Shown here one piece after another: positions 49,011-59,395 of a stretch of 64,000 nucleotides of DNA. The DNA comes from Tricharina praecox (Eukaryota), in the NCBI RefSeq assembly GCF_024521635.1, contig NW_026250439.1, positions 124,001-188,000 on the forward strand, in the 5' to 3' direction. Position 1 is the first letter of the stretch. Each line of letters opens with the position of its first letter. The translations under genes were made by a program, and so were the position numbers. The notes under the pieces are model-generated. The model worked only from the letters and a program-made list of their open reading frames with translations, was not told the DNA's origin and did no database searches.

Positions 49011-51224
49011 CTACATATTACCGTACCATAGGTATGCCATTTGTCTCCTCCTCGTCGCCGCCGTCGTCGTCGTCGTCCGAACCCCTCGTGGCCAGCCGCC
49101 GGCTCCGTGTCTCGGCTATATTGAAGCCACAAATACCTGGGTAGGTACATAGCTGCTGGCATCGCGGTGTCGCTGTCGCTGTCGGGATTCTGTGGAGGGA
49201 TGTAGATGTTGGGGGGATGTAGATATTGGAGGGGTGTAGTGTGCGCATAGCATAGCGACGTCCGCGTGTTGCTGTAATTCTGGTAGAGTGGATCCGCATA
49301 CCCACCATCGGTAGGTGAGCATGTACGCCACATCGCGGCAGAAAATACCTCCTAGCGCGTATGTGCGCGAGATGTCGTGCATAGGTAGGATCGCTCTCCG
49401 CTCCATTTGAACTTCGAAGCGGCTTTCCGCAACGGAGAGGAGAAACATCTTGGGGCGAGTGTGGCAACTCTGGAACTCTGGAACGGCCGCCGGTGCTATG
49501 TGGGTAGTGGCTGTGCAGTGCTAACTGGAGGCTCCAGACACGTTTCTCGGTCTCGGGAGCGACTGTGACTGTGACTGTGACTGTATTTAGATCGTTTAGA
49601 TCGTTTCAAGTGGGGGGAGTCTGTGTGTGGGGTGGAGGGGAGGGGGGGGGTCGAGCCGTTTGAGAGCTCAGTGTATCTTATCATCGCATCATACGGAGGG
49701 AGGGACGGTGCGCACGCACCGTCGTCCGAAGAATATTTTCCTCGCTGATCGGCAGACAGCATGCTCGGAACTGGACCGTGCAGCCGCTGCTGCAGCTGGC
49801 GGACGGGCGAGGACGGCAAGCGAGCGAGTGTGCGAAAAATAAACCGAAACCGAGGGTACCAGCGATAGCGGCAGCGCTTGTATTTCGCACGCACTTCCCG
49901 GCTGGAAGGTACTTCCTCCCTCCTGGTAGGTGTGTAGGTGGTAGGTACTCTCGTTATCGACAGCTCAGGATCGCGACACATTGCCTATTCGAAACGGTCG
50001 GGAATCGGGCGACATGGACAGGCTCTTTGGCTCCGGGGGAAAGAAGCTCGTTTCTCTTTTTTTGTTTTTCGTAGGGGTAGGCGAAGCTCAAAATAAACAC
50101 TGGCTGTTCTGGCTAGACGCCGTGCATGAGTGGCTAGGGAGACCCTGGCCCCAGAAACGGCTGGGAAATTTGTTTTGCCTTGTGGCGCGTGCAGAACCGC
50201 CCGAGCCAATGGCGAGAGGGAATTGAGTAGGATCTGCACGGTTTCATCACGACGATGGGGGGCCACGGGGGGTCCCGAGATCAATCGGATTCAAAATGGA
50301 ATGAAACCGTGGCTTGTGGCTGGTGCGGTGGAAGCAGGTACCCTGACTATGGACATGCCGCGCTGCACTGCACAGCTCATCTAAGTGGTCGCAGTACCCG
50401 CCCCCACCAACCATGAGCGACACCTGCGTTCCTCGTCTCCATGACTCTCTCCCGCACGGAGACTGGCGATGAGTGGCCGTGCTATTCACGACCTGTCTGT
50501 CGGTTTCACCAGGCAATGCCCCACCGGAGCCGCGGGCACGCGGCCGTAGGTATGGTATGGTATGTGGCTTGACTCGAGAACGAACGTGAGGAGGAGGAGG
50601 AGGAGGAGGCTGGCTTTCTATTCTGCGTGAAACCATTTCGTTTCGATGTCGCTGGCAGCAGAGTCGCCGCCTCCGTGACTGTGACTGTGACTGTCGCCGG
50701 AATCTGGAAGGAAGGCGTAGGTTGTAGCTTTGTTCCTACACGGCCCGGACGACTTCAAATACTCGCCTCGCCCACCTGCAGTGTCACCTCATTATCACTC
50801 ACAACACTCAACTACCTCGGGCTCCATTCACTCTAACCTTCTCACCCTAACCACCCTCACACCTTTTCTACTTCCACAGCAGCTTCTATTCTTCCGCGGA
50901 CTGGCTCCCCCTCTTCAACCTTTTCCTCCCCTTTGAACTCCATCTCCGCTACCATCTACCCTTCATTTAACCACTCCCGCTCCCGCTACTGCTCGGCATC
51001 TCCCATCCAGTTCACCTTGATATCCCCTTCGTTCATCTTCCACACTACAAGCAACCTGTAAGTCCCCCGACTCCCCGCCTATAAATTCGCAGTTCGCAAC
51101 ATCCCGAGAGAACACTAGTGACTGATACTTTTTAGCACCGATAACTTTTGCTGTTTCGCTCCTTCTAAACCAACATCTACATAACACCCAACTACATATT
51201 ACGATCTCCCGCAAATCTACCAAT

Positions 51225-52078
51225 ATGCGTTTCACATCCGCTCCTATGGGCTTGACCCTTCTCTCCGCCATCTCCACCGCTTTCGCGCACAGTTGGGTAA
51301 GTCTTATTATTCCTGCTGTTGATGCCCATGAACAAGACTGACCTCCTCCCAGCTCGACGACCTGACCGTAGTCGGCGGCGCTAGTATCGCCTCCACTCTC
51401 GGCTCGAAGGGGTACATCCGCAACTACCAAGGGCACGTTGACTCTACCTCTTCCTACCGCATCGAGGACCCGACCCTCGCCGCGCCCGCCTGCGCACAAT
51501 TCCAGCAGAGCTCGACCTCATACACCAACGCCTTGTACCCGCAGCTTACCGCATTCGCCGGCGACTACATCCAGGGGGCCTACCTCGAGAACGGCCACAT
51601 CTCGAAGAAGGAGTTGCCAGAGACGCAATCGGGCACCACCTACTGGTTCGGCACGGCAGACAACTCGCTGCAGCCCACGCTCGCCGAGGTCATGGCGTGG
51701 AAAGACGGCGGCGACGGCGCGCAGGGGAAGCTTCTCGCCGGGCCGACGGATTTCGACGATGGTACTTGCGTCGAGGATAATGGTACCCCCGAGGCGATCA
51801 AGCGCAAGGCGGCCGGCGGCGGTGGACCCTGCAAGAGCACGTTCAAGCTCCCTGAGGACCTGCAGCCGGGCTCGACTTACACCGTCTATTGGGTCTGGGA
51901 CTTCTCACTGCACTTTGGCCCCCAGAAGGTCGGGCACACCGAGTGGTACACTAGCTGCGTCGATATCAAGATTGGCGGAAACACATCGACTGCGACGGCG
52001 GCGGCGGCAGCGGCCGGCAACAAGAGCACACGCAGCATCCCCCGCATCCGTGGAAGGGTCCCGGCGGCGAGGCTTTAG
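51225..52078 (+). CDS. Secreted His1 protein, LPMO-like (recalled as DUF7492-like)
   Basis: Signal peptide ending TAFA then HSW; intron 51297-51352; GYIRNY, YLENGH, FDDGTC, YTVYWVWDF, EWYTSCVDIKI. A 5'-UTR intron is likely at ~51058-51134. Confidence 0.88.
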
Positions 52079-53063
52079 TGAAGTTGACGAGAGTGATGGG
52101 CTGACGGACTGACGGACTGACGCTTTGTTTCCTGCATTTCTTATGTTTTTTATCTGCATAAAGGGGGGGGAGTTCCTTTTTCCTTTGGGTTTCTCTTGTA
52201 TCTGTCCTGGTTGGGGAAGCATCATAAACGGGAGTTTGTTGGACATAACTGATTGTTTTCTTTACGTTTTCTTTTTGTATATGGTCTTTTCGCATTTTTT
52301 AAGCACGGGGAGAGGGGTGATGGTCATGAGTGACGAGAGTAGATACGAAACTTTGGGGTCATGTATTGGTGATGAAATTTTATGGTGATGAAATTTTATG
52401 GGTTTGGCATCTGAGTTGGTTAAGACGAGTGATTGTGATTGTGATCGTGATAGTGAGAAGCCGCAACCGCAACGTGGTATGAGATGCAAACTTTCAATTC
52501 ACAGGAGTAGGAGTATTCCCTTGCTTGCAAGTTCGAAAGCTTCTACTCTATCTCAACAAAAAACCTTGACGATAAAGTTTTATTTTTGACTCTATTCTTG
52601 TTGCGTAGAGTTTATACTCATGGGTCATCACTCGCTTTCATCTGCCAAGCAATCTTTGGCTGGTCGGCCCTGGCTGACTGAGCCATCACCCACGCGCCAG
52701 CACCAGCGCCAATCCCGTCGGCGAAAACTTTTCTCCCATCCCACTCGCACTACCACCACCGTTCCTATTTCAACCACCATCGTCCCCCCACTTCTGCTCC
52801 ACTCCTCCCACCGCCGCCACCACCACCACAACCATCACCAACAACAGCACCAACAACACCAACAGCACCAACAGCACCAACAGCGACAGCAAGGTATGAG
52901 ATCGTCTCTCATTATGCCTTCCACATCCGCACGGACAACCACTACAAGGGACACGAGGAATTCCGGCTGATGAATTGAATGAATTCGTGTCTCGCCGTTG
53001 ATCAAGGTACGTTCTTTTTTATTCTTCTTTCTGCGCGATGATGGGGCAGGGGACGAGGGAGGG

Positions 53064-53157
53064 GGATTCAAAGTGATGATTTTCTTGCCTACATGCAATG
53101 GCGTTTCCGAGTTTATGCTGCGGATTTTATCTAAGAACGGCCTTCTGATCTGGATCT
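53064..53157 (+). ncRNA. Intronic box C/D snoRNA with 18S helix-34 guide
   Basis: In intron 53007-53228. Terminal stem GGATTCA/TGGATCT, box C GTGATGA 53073, D' CCGA, C'-like CTGCGGA, guide CTAAGAACGGCC 53131-53142, box D CTGA 53145. Confidence 0.85.
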
Positions 53158-53363
53158 GTTTTTCGACATTGTTATTCGCGCGATGGGTATTTGAGGGGGA
53201 TCATGTGGCTGACAAGGGGGGTTATTAGGTGATCGGATACTACTGCTACGGCCACTGCTACTACTACTACGACAATAACAATAACCGGCGGCTGCCAGGG
53301 TGGAAAAGAAAGGGTACGTTTTTCATCTCCGCTACATGCCCGCTTGCACAATGCACAACCCTC

Positions 53364-53457
53364 GGTGTTACAATGATGATTCTTCATGAGACCTGTTCTA
53401 AGGCTTTGCCAATGCTTAATTCATATTGCAATTGTTCTATCTCTGACTTTACACACC
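53364..53457 (+). ncRNA. Intronic box C/D snoRNA, snR56/SNORD25-like
   Basis: In intron 53314-~53521. Box C ATGATGA 53373; guide AGACCTGTT before D' CTAA pairs with 18S AACAGGUCU (yeast Gm1428 site); box D CTGA 53443; terminal stem GGTGT/ACACC. Confidence 0.85.
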
Positions 53458-53534
53458 CTCCCCTCTTTTCCCACCCTCTTCATCTCACTCCATCAGTTTC
53501 TAACACTCCCTCAAAGACCAGATCCACACATACC

Positions 53535-53798
53535 ATGTCCTTCAAAATGCTCTACTTCGCCGCCGCAGCCGACTACGCCAAGTGTGCGGCCGAACTGCTG
53601 CCCGCGCCGTGCACGGTGAAGGAGCTGTTTGCGCTGCTGGACAAGAAATACCCCGGCATGGCGGACGTCCTCGAAAGCAGCATGCTCACGGTTAACCTTG
53701 AGTATGTCGATTTGCTCGATGAGCATGGGGCGCAAGGCGCCACGGTCATTAAGGAGGGCGATGAGGTCGCCGTTATTCCGCCCGTTAGTGCGGGGTAA
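53535..53798 (+). CDS. cnxG: Molybdopterin synthase small sulfur-carrier subunit (MOCS2A/CnxG/MoaD)
   Basis: 87 aa, MSFKMLYFAAA...MLTVNLEYV...IKEGDEVAVIPPVSAG; ubiquitin-like ThiS/MoaD signature; ACCATG context. Confidence 0.92.
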   Translation: MSFKMLYFAAAADYAKCAAELLPAPCTVKELFALLDKKYPGMADVLESSMLTVNLEYVDLLDEHGAQGATVIKEGDEVAVIPPVSAG

Positions 53799-54669
53799 AT
53801 GAATGATGATTATTATTATACGTGGAGACAATGGTGTGTGTTGTGCTTGATGTGATGTGATGGGGGAGCCGCGAGAAATTGGCATTGTACTCTACTATCG
53901 TGGATGTCGTCGCTGTGATCACGGCGTCCAAAGACAAACCTGCTCGTTTGAACATACGATACTTCAAAATGCCCATATGTTTCGTCACAAGCAGGCTTCA
54001 CATCAGAAGCAGACGTTATAACTTATAGCCGCACCATAACCAAGTCACCACGTACCCAAAACCCGCTTGTTAACCCATCCATAAGAGCGGCGGATGAGCA
54101 TCGGATTCGCGATCACTCAAGCATAGAAGGAGTAGATGTGCACGGTACGGTAGGAGTGATACTTCGTGAGCAGCTGGACTCCAGTTTTCACGAAGTATCA
54201 CTCATCCACTCTTCAATCTTGTCCCAAGTGTTTTGCCGCCAGGAAGCGTCACATCAAGCGTTACATCATGAGCAAGCGTTCTGGCCGCACCATAGCCAAA
54301 TCTCTATCTACCCATAATTCGCTTGTCGCCCATCCAATCGTCAAAACGGTAAGTGAGCATGGGCATATGATTCTCGATCACTGCAGCATGGAAGGAGTAT
54401 GCACGGTAAGAGTATCCACAGAAGGAATGATCCTTCGTGAGCATAGGGGATTCACAAAATATTACTCATCCACCATCCACGATCTCTGTTGAAATCGAGA
54501 GAAGAACTTGACTTGATTGATGAGAAAGACGAGAAAGACGAGAGAGAAGACTACTTAAAAGGGAAACAATGAGCCTGTGTAGAGAAAGGTATGAATGCTG
54601 CGTATGTGACGATGCGAAATGATAGAGGACAGAGAAAAGTAGCAATGGCACCGGAATAGGCCAGTAGAC

Positions 54670-55940
54670 GTGGGAGAGAGAGATCTTCGGTTTATTTCGC
54701 ATGCAGCCTATCTCGACTATGGAAAACCGTCGCACTCCTTTCCTGCGAGGCAAGTAGACGTGTAAATAACCGACAATCACTATACCCGGCAGCAGTGATT
54801 CTTCGTGAGCAAGGGAGGATTCACGGGGTATCACTCATCCACTCATCCACCAGACGCTAACATAATCTTTTTCACTTCTCTTTTCCTTCTCTCTCATTGC
54901 CCTCTAAGGTACCTACCAGTACTGCAGAAGTTACTGTGTGCACAGGACAAAATGGCAGGAAGAAGACTTCATGATCCGAGACCAACTCGAGTATCGAGAC
55001 CTCTTCGCAGACGAGTGGTGCGGACGAGCGGCGCAGTGCAGTGTACCTATAGTAGTCAAGCAATTCCACTACTGTATGAGCTTCCTCGAATTCTTCCCAG
55101 ACGGATCCTGGAGGCTGGAGGCTGAAGGCCGCAACTGGAGCATTCACGAAGTATCACTCATTCACCGACACCATCTCCTGTTGAAAATATGAGATTGATA
55201 TTATTCAGTTGCTTGATTCATTCGTAAAACACAGCGGATGACTAGCTAGACAGAAGCAGAATAAATAGGATTCTCGAGGCGCACACGAGGCGCATATGAC
55301 CAATATGACAAATGTGCAATCTCTTGGACGAGTGACGACCGTGGCTGTTCAACGAGAATCGCAACATCTCCTTTCGTTAGAGAAAGCACAGCAGAATTTA
55401 CTCTACCTACCGTGGGCATAGACCTGGAAGGAGACTTCACGGTCCTAGACGAGACATTTTCGTAGACGAGCAGCGCGGTGCAGTGCAGGAAGGCCATTCC
55501 ACCATAGGCTTCCACCATAGGCTTCCTCGCACTCTATGCTTCCTCGCAGAGTCGTACAGTCGCTACCACGGACGGATGTGGGCATTGGGTATGCGGATCC
55601 TGGAGGCTGGAGGCCGCAGTTGGAGCGTTCACAAAGTATCACTCATCCAGCAGACACCAGACACCAATACCATATTTTTTTCCTTCTCTCTCCTTCTCTC
55701 TCCTCAACCCCCAAGATTCTTACCACCACGGAGTCCGCTGAAGAAGATGCAGCAAGTGAGGTGTCCGAGTGGGAGCTAACTTGCCGAGAGAGCGGGGATG
55801 AGGCAGACGGCGAGGAGGCGGGAGGAGGAGGCTAGGTAGTACTGAGTTCGAGGAGCCTACACCTTCGTTTATGGAATCTCCTGATGAAGAGGTAGGGACG
55901 AGGATTTGTCTTTTCCCAGTGCTGGGGTGGTGAAGGTTTT
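54670..55940. mobile_element. Cluster of short decayed LINE 3' fragments in both orientations
   Basis: RDLFADE.C-type remnants at ~54995 and ~55450, TTESAEEDAASEVSEWEL at ~55725, 3'-UTR copy at 54670-54750. Confidence 0.7.
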
Positions 55941-56329
55941 TGCTCTCGGCGTTGTCATGAAACGTCACTCGTTTATGCTATCAACCACTGGTGAGATTTC
56001 ATTCGATGCTGGGGCAGACAGTGAGCTCGGACAAAGACTGATCACTTCCCTGGGAAACCTTGGACGGGCAGAAGAGGTGACGGTGGTTCTCGAAAAATCC
56101 CAAGCACTTGATTGCACGGTCACTACAGACGAGGCAGTCGCAGCGAAAGTGCACGCGGCAGGCCCACAACCCCTAGGGCTCTCTATGTACACAGACGGAT
56201 CTCGGAAAGAATCCAAAGCTGCCGGCTTCGCTGTTGTCTGGCGCTCCAGCGACGGATGGAAGGGACACAAAGTCCTGATGGGATTCGAACACGAGGCGTA
56301 CGACGCGGAATGTGCAGCATTGGTTCGTG

Positions 56330-57540
56330 GTCGTCGTGCTCCTGGCCGTATGCCTGGGATCTCCCCCTGGGGTTCACCATTTCCTCCCCTCTCCATCCTC
56401 CGCCTCACCCACTTCTCATTCTCACTCTCCTTCCTCTACTCCTTCCGTCTCCTCTTATTCCTCCCCCACACCTCTCTCTACTGCCTCCTCTTCCTCTTCC
56501 GGCCCCTCGCTGGAGCCTTCTCTATGATCGTCGGTTGGGTTGTTGAAAGTTCCCCACTCTGGCGGGTGCCGACGTTGGCGTTCTGGATCTGGATCTGTCC
56601 GATGTTGGCCCAGTTTCCATCCGCGTGTGGCCACCTTGGTTGTGGCAATGTAGGTATCGAGAGCGTCAGCTCCCATGTTGGTGTAGAGGAGGAGGGCCAG
56701 CCGAAGCCAGTGTTCTCCATAGTCCAGTCCGTCCGTCCTGAGCCTCGGAATGGACTGGACTACATACATCCAGTCCGTCCGGAGGTGTCTTTTGGACGGA
56801 CTAGTCCACCAGTAAGGTCGGACGGGACGGACTGCAGTCAACTGCAGTCGACTACCAAGACTAGTACAAGGCGACAGAAATCATGATAGAAAGCCCGCGG
56901 CGCATTATCGGTGGTTGTGGTGGCTGAGGGGAGTATATGCGCACGGGCTCAAGATGACACCGCGGCGTTGATGGCACTTAACAACTATTGTGGCGCAGAT
57001 TGTGGCGCAGATTGTGGCGCAGTTTATTGCGCCTGAACGAAGATTGTGGCGCAGAATACCCGGTACTGGACGAAGATGGTGTCGCCGCTCACGGTTTTGC
57101 TGGCACTGGACGGAATTCAACACACGATAGTGGAAATACCATCAAATTTGGTGGGATAAGTGCTGAAAATAGTTGCATTTGTTTTCACTACCGGACTGTA
57201 GTCGACTGCAGTCGACTGCAGTCCAACCCCGTCCAGCAAATTGGCGGACGGGACGGACTACTTTTATCCCGTCCGCAAAAAGGCACGGACGGGACTGGAT
57301 CTTGGCAGTCCGTCCCGTCCGGACTGCAGTCTGGACCGGACTCTGGAGAACACTGGCCGAAGCTTGGAGATCTTGGGCGTTGTTCTCCTCATCAGCTGCC
57401 TGGCTTTGAAATGGTCGGGGCACCTTAGGATGAGATGCTCGGGCGTCTGAGGGGGGTTGCCGTTGCAGTGGCAGCTTCGTTGCCGTTGACGTCGGTGTGG
57501 CTAGGTACCCATTGAACGGTGATGGTGGTATTGTTGAGGG
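56330..57540 (-). mobile_element. 3' end of a second LINE family inserted antisense
   Basis: After removing the MITE: QTPEHLILRCPDHFKARQLMRRTTPKISKLRLALLLYTNMGADALDTYIATTKVATRGW. Confidence 0.7.
56708..57355. mobile_element. Non-autonomous hAT-type element (648 bp)
   Basis: TIRs CAGTGTTCTCCA.AGTCC.GTCC; perfect 8-bp TSD GCCGAAGC at 56700-56707 and 57356-57363; subterminal GTCC/GGAC repeats. Confidence 0.93.
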
Positions 57541-59204
57541 CCTTGAGGGCGGTGCTGACTGTTGCAGGCACGAAAGCATATCGTCACTCTCCGTCAAAGG
57601 GAGCCTGCGATCACCATCGAGATTAGATGGTGCCCGTCACACAAAGATGTTCCCGGGAACGAGAAGGCGGCCGAATGGGCCAAACTGGCAGCTGACCACC
57701 CGACCGCTCACGGAGTGGAGGTCACTCGCCACAAGTACCGCTATGGCTCCAGTCAGCCACCGCCTGAATCACTGGCATTCCTGCGACGAGGCATCACAGA
57801 AATGAAGTGGAAGGAAGCGAAGGCATGGGCGGACAGCAAGGTCTCTCATAAGAAGTACCGATGCAGCCGGAAATCTGGCCAGAGACCCGACCCAAATCCA
57901 GAGATGGCCCCCAAGCGCCTGGCCTCGAGGTTCCCCAACTGAAAACAGGCCACTGCCACAACGGCCAGTACCTCCAGTGGACGAAAAGCCGCCCGGATGC
58001 CCGCTGCGGTTGCCATCTGGTGTCGCTACAAGACACAGACTCGGAAGCACCTCTTCAAAAACTGTCCCGAATGGAAAAGTCAGCAAAAGACACTCTGGGC
58101 AGAAGTCCGGAAGCAGACAAGGAGGGGAAAAGACCACTTCAAAATCCGGGACCTCTTTGCAGACGAGCGATGCAGTAAGGCCATCCTAGACTTCCTCTCC
58201 ACCACTGATGTGGGCAGACGAATGCCAGAGGCCGATGAGGAAGATGAAGCAAGCGAGGCATCCGAGTCACCGAGTGGGAGCTCAGGAGCGGGAAGACAGA
58301 GCGGAGCTGAGGCGACTCGAGGAGGAGGAGGACGCTGAAGCTGAGGAGCCAAGCGACGTAGAGTAGCCGACCAGAGACTTGCGGTGGAGGTGGACGTGGA
58401 CGTGGCGGGGGGGAACGATCGTTGCCTCTTCCTAGCTCTGCCTCTGCTTGGTGCGCTCACAAACTGTCGGGAAAGGCCAGTGCGGAGGGCAGGGGAAGCC
58501 ACATCGGGCTGCCTGATGAAAGTTGGATTGGACAGTCACCAGTGGCGTGGAAACGGGGGGGGGGGGGGGGGGGGGGGGTGCACGAGCAGATGATATTGCC
58601 ATGATCTAGATAGGTCGTATGCAATCAATGAATGAACAAAAAAAAGCGAGCCCGTCTATGGATGGGTTAGATTTACCAGCTGGCCAATATGTGGGTAGAA
58701 TGTTTTGGATGACCGGGCTGGTGCACTCACAGACACGGATTTTCTGCAGTGGGGGAGCCCATTCATGGATCCACGGGTGGACTCTCGTACTGCTACCTAG
58801 ATTACTTTGCACCAAAGTTCTGTAGGTAACCTGTTCATAATCTCCAGTTTCGGTTCTCAATCCGCAAAGATAGCAGATAGTCACGAATATAATACCGACA
58901 GCGAGTATGGGTATCTATCAGAGCGCCATGAGTACAGGTACCGTAACTCTGGTTTGTAACTAATAGCCACTCCTGAGTCCAGGGTCCCTCATCTCATCCC
59001 CTCACTTCACTGACTTGCCCCTCCCTCGGTAAGCTGTACGAAGGACAGAAAGTGGCCGACCGATCATACGTCCACCCTGCCGCGAAAAAAAGTTCATGAG
59101 TAAGCCCGGGGTGGTGAGGGAGGAAGCTGACTTTCAGTACGCAGGAATGATTCACTCCAGGGGACTCCTATCCCCAGGGGCTAGGGTAGAGGAAGTGTTG
59201 TAAT

Positions 59205-59395
59205 GGTCGTTCGCTCCTTAGGCCTCCGTTTCTTAGGCCTCCATTCCTTAGTCGTTCATTGCTTAGGCTTCCGTTTCTTAGGCTTCCATTTCTTATGTAG
59301 TCGTTCGTTCCTTAGGCGTGCGTCTCTTATACAGGCTTCCGCTTCTTAGGCTTCCGCTTCTTAAGCGTCCGTTTTTTAGTCGTTCATTGCTTAGT
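59205..59395. repeat. Degenerate ~14-15 bp minisatellite (CTTAGGCTTCCGTTT)
   Basis: About a dozen diverged copies visible. Confidence 0.85.

Larger units (their letters stand above)
55970..58530 (+). mobile_element. Tad1-like LINE ORF2 remnant (RNase H plus C-terminal Zn finger), interrupted
   Basis: MYTDGSRKESKAAGFAVVW...EAYDAECAAL (to ~56325), resuming IEIRWCPSHKDVPGNEKA, QLKTGHC, QTRKHLFKNCPEW, RDLFADERCSKAILDFLSTTDVGR; frameshifts present. Confidence 0.9.

Noticed and set aside
53229..53534. N-terminal extension of the MoaD ORF
   Set aside because: Corresponds to a non-coding exon and a snoRNA-containing intron.
53787..53798. MoaD-like protein ending SAG rather than GG as a defect
   Set aside because: Fungal CnxG proteins commonly end in a single terminal Gly (e.g. 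VSSG).
58554..58578. Poly-G run (and poly-C at ~47585-47612) as functional G-quadruplexes
   Set aside because: Simple homopolymers, error-prone in assembly, with no supporting context.
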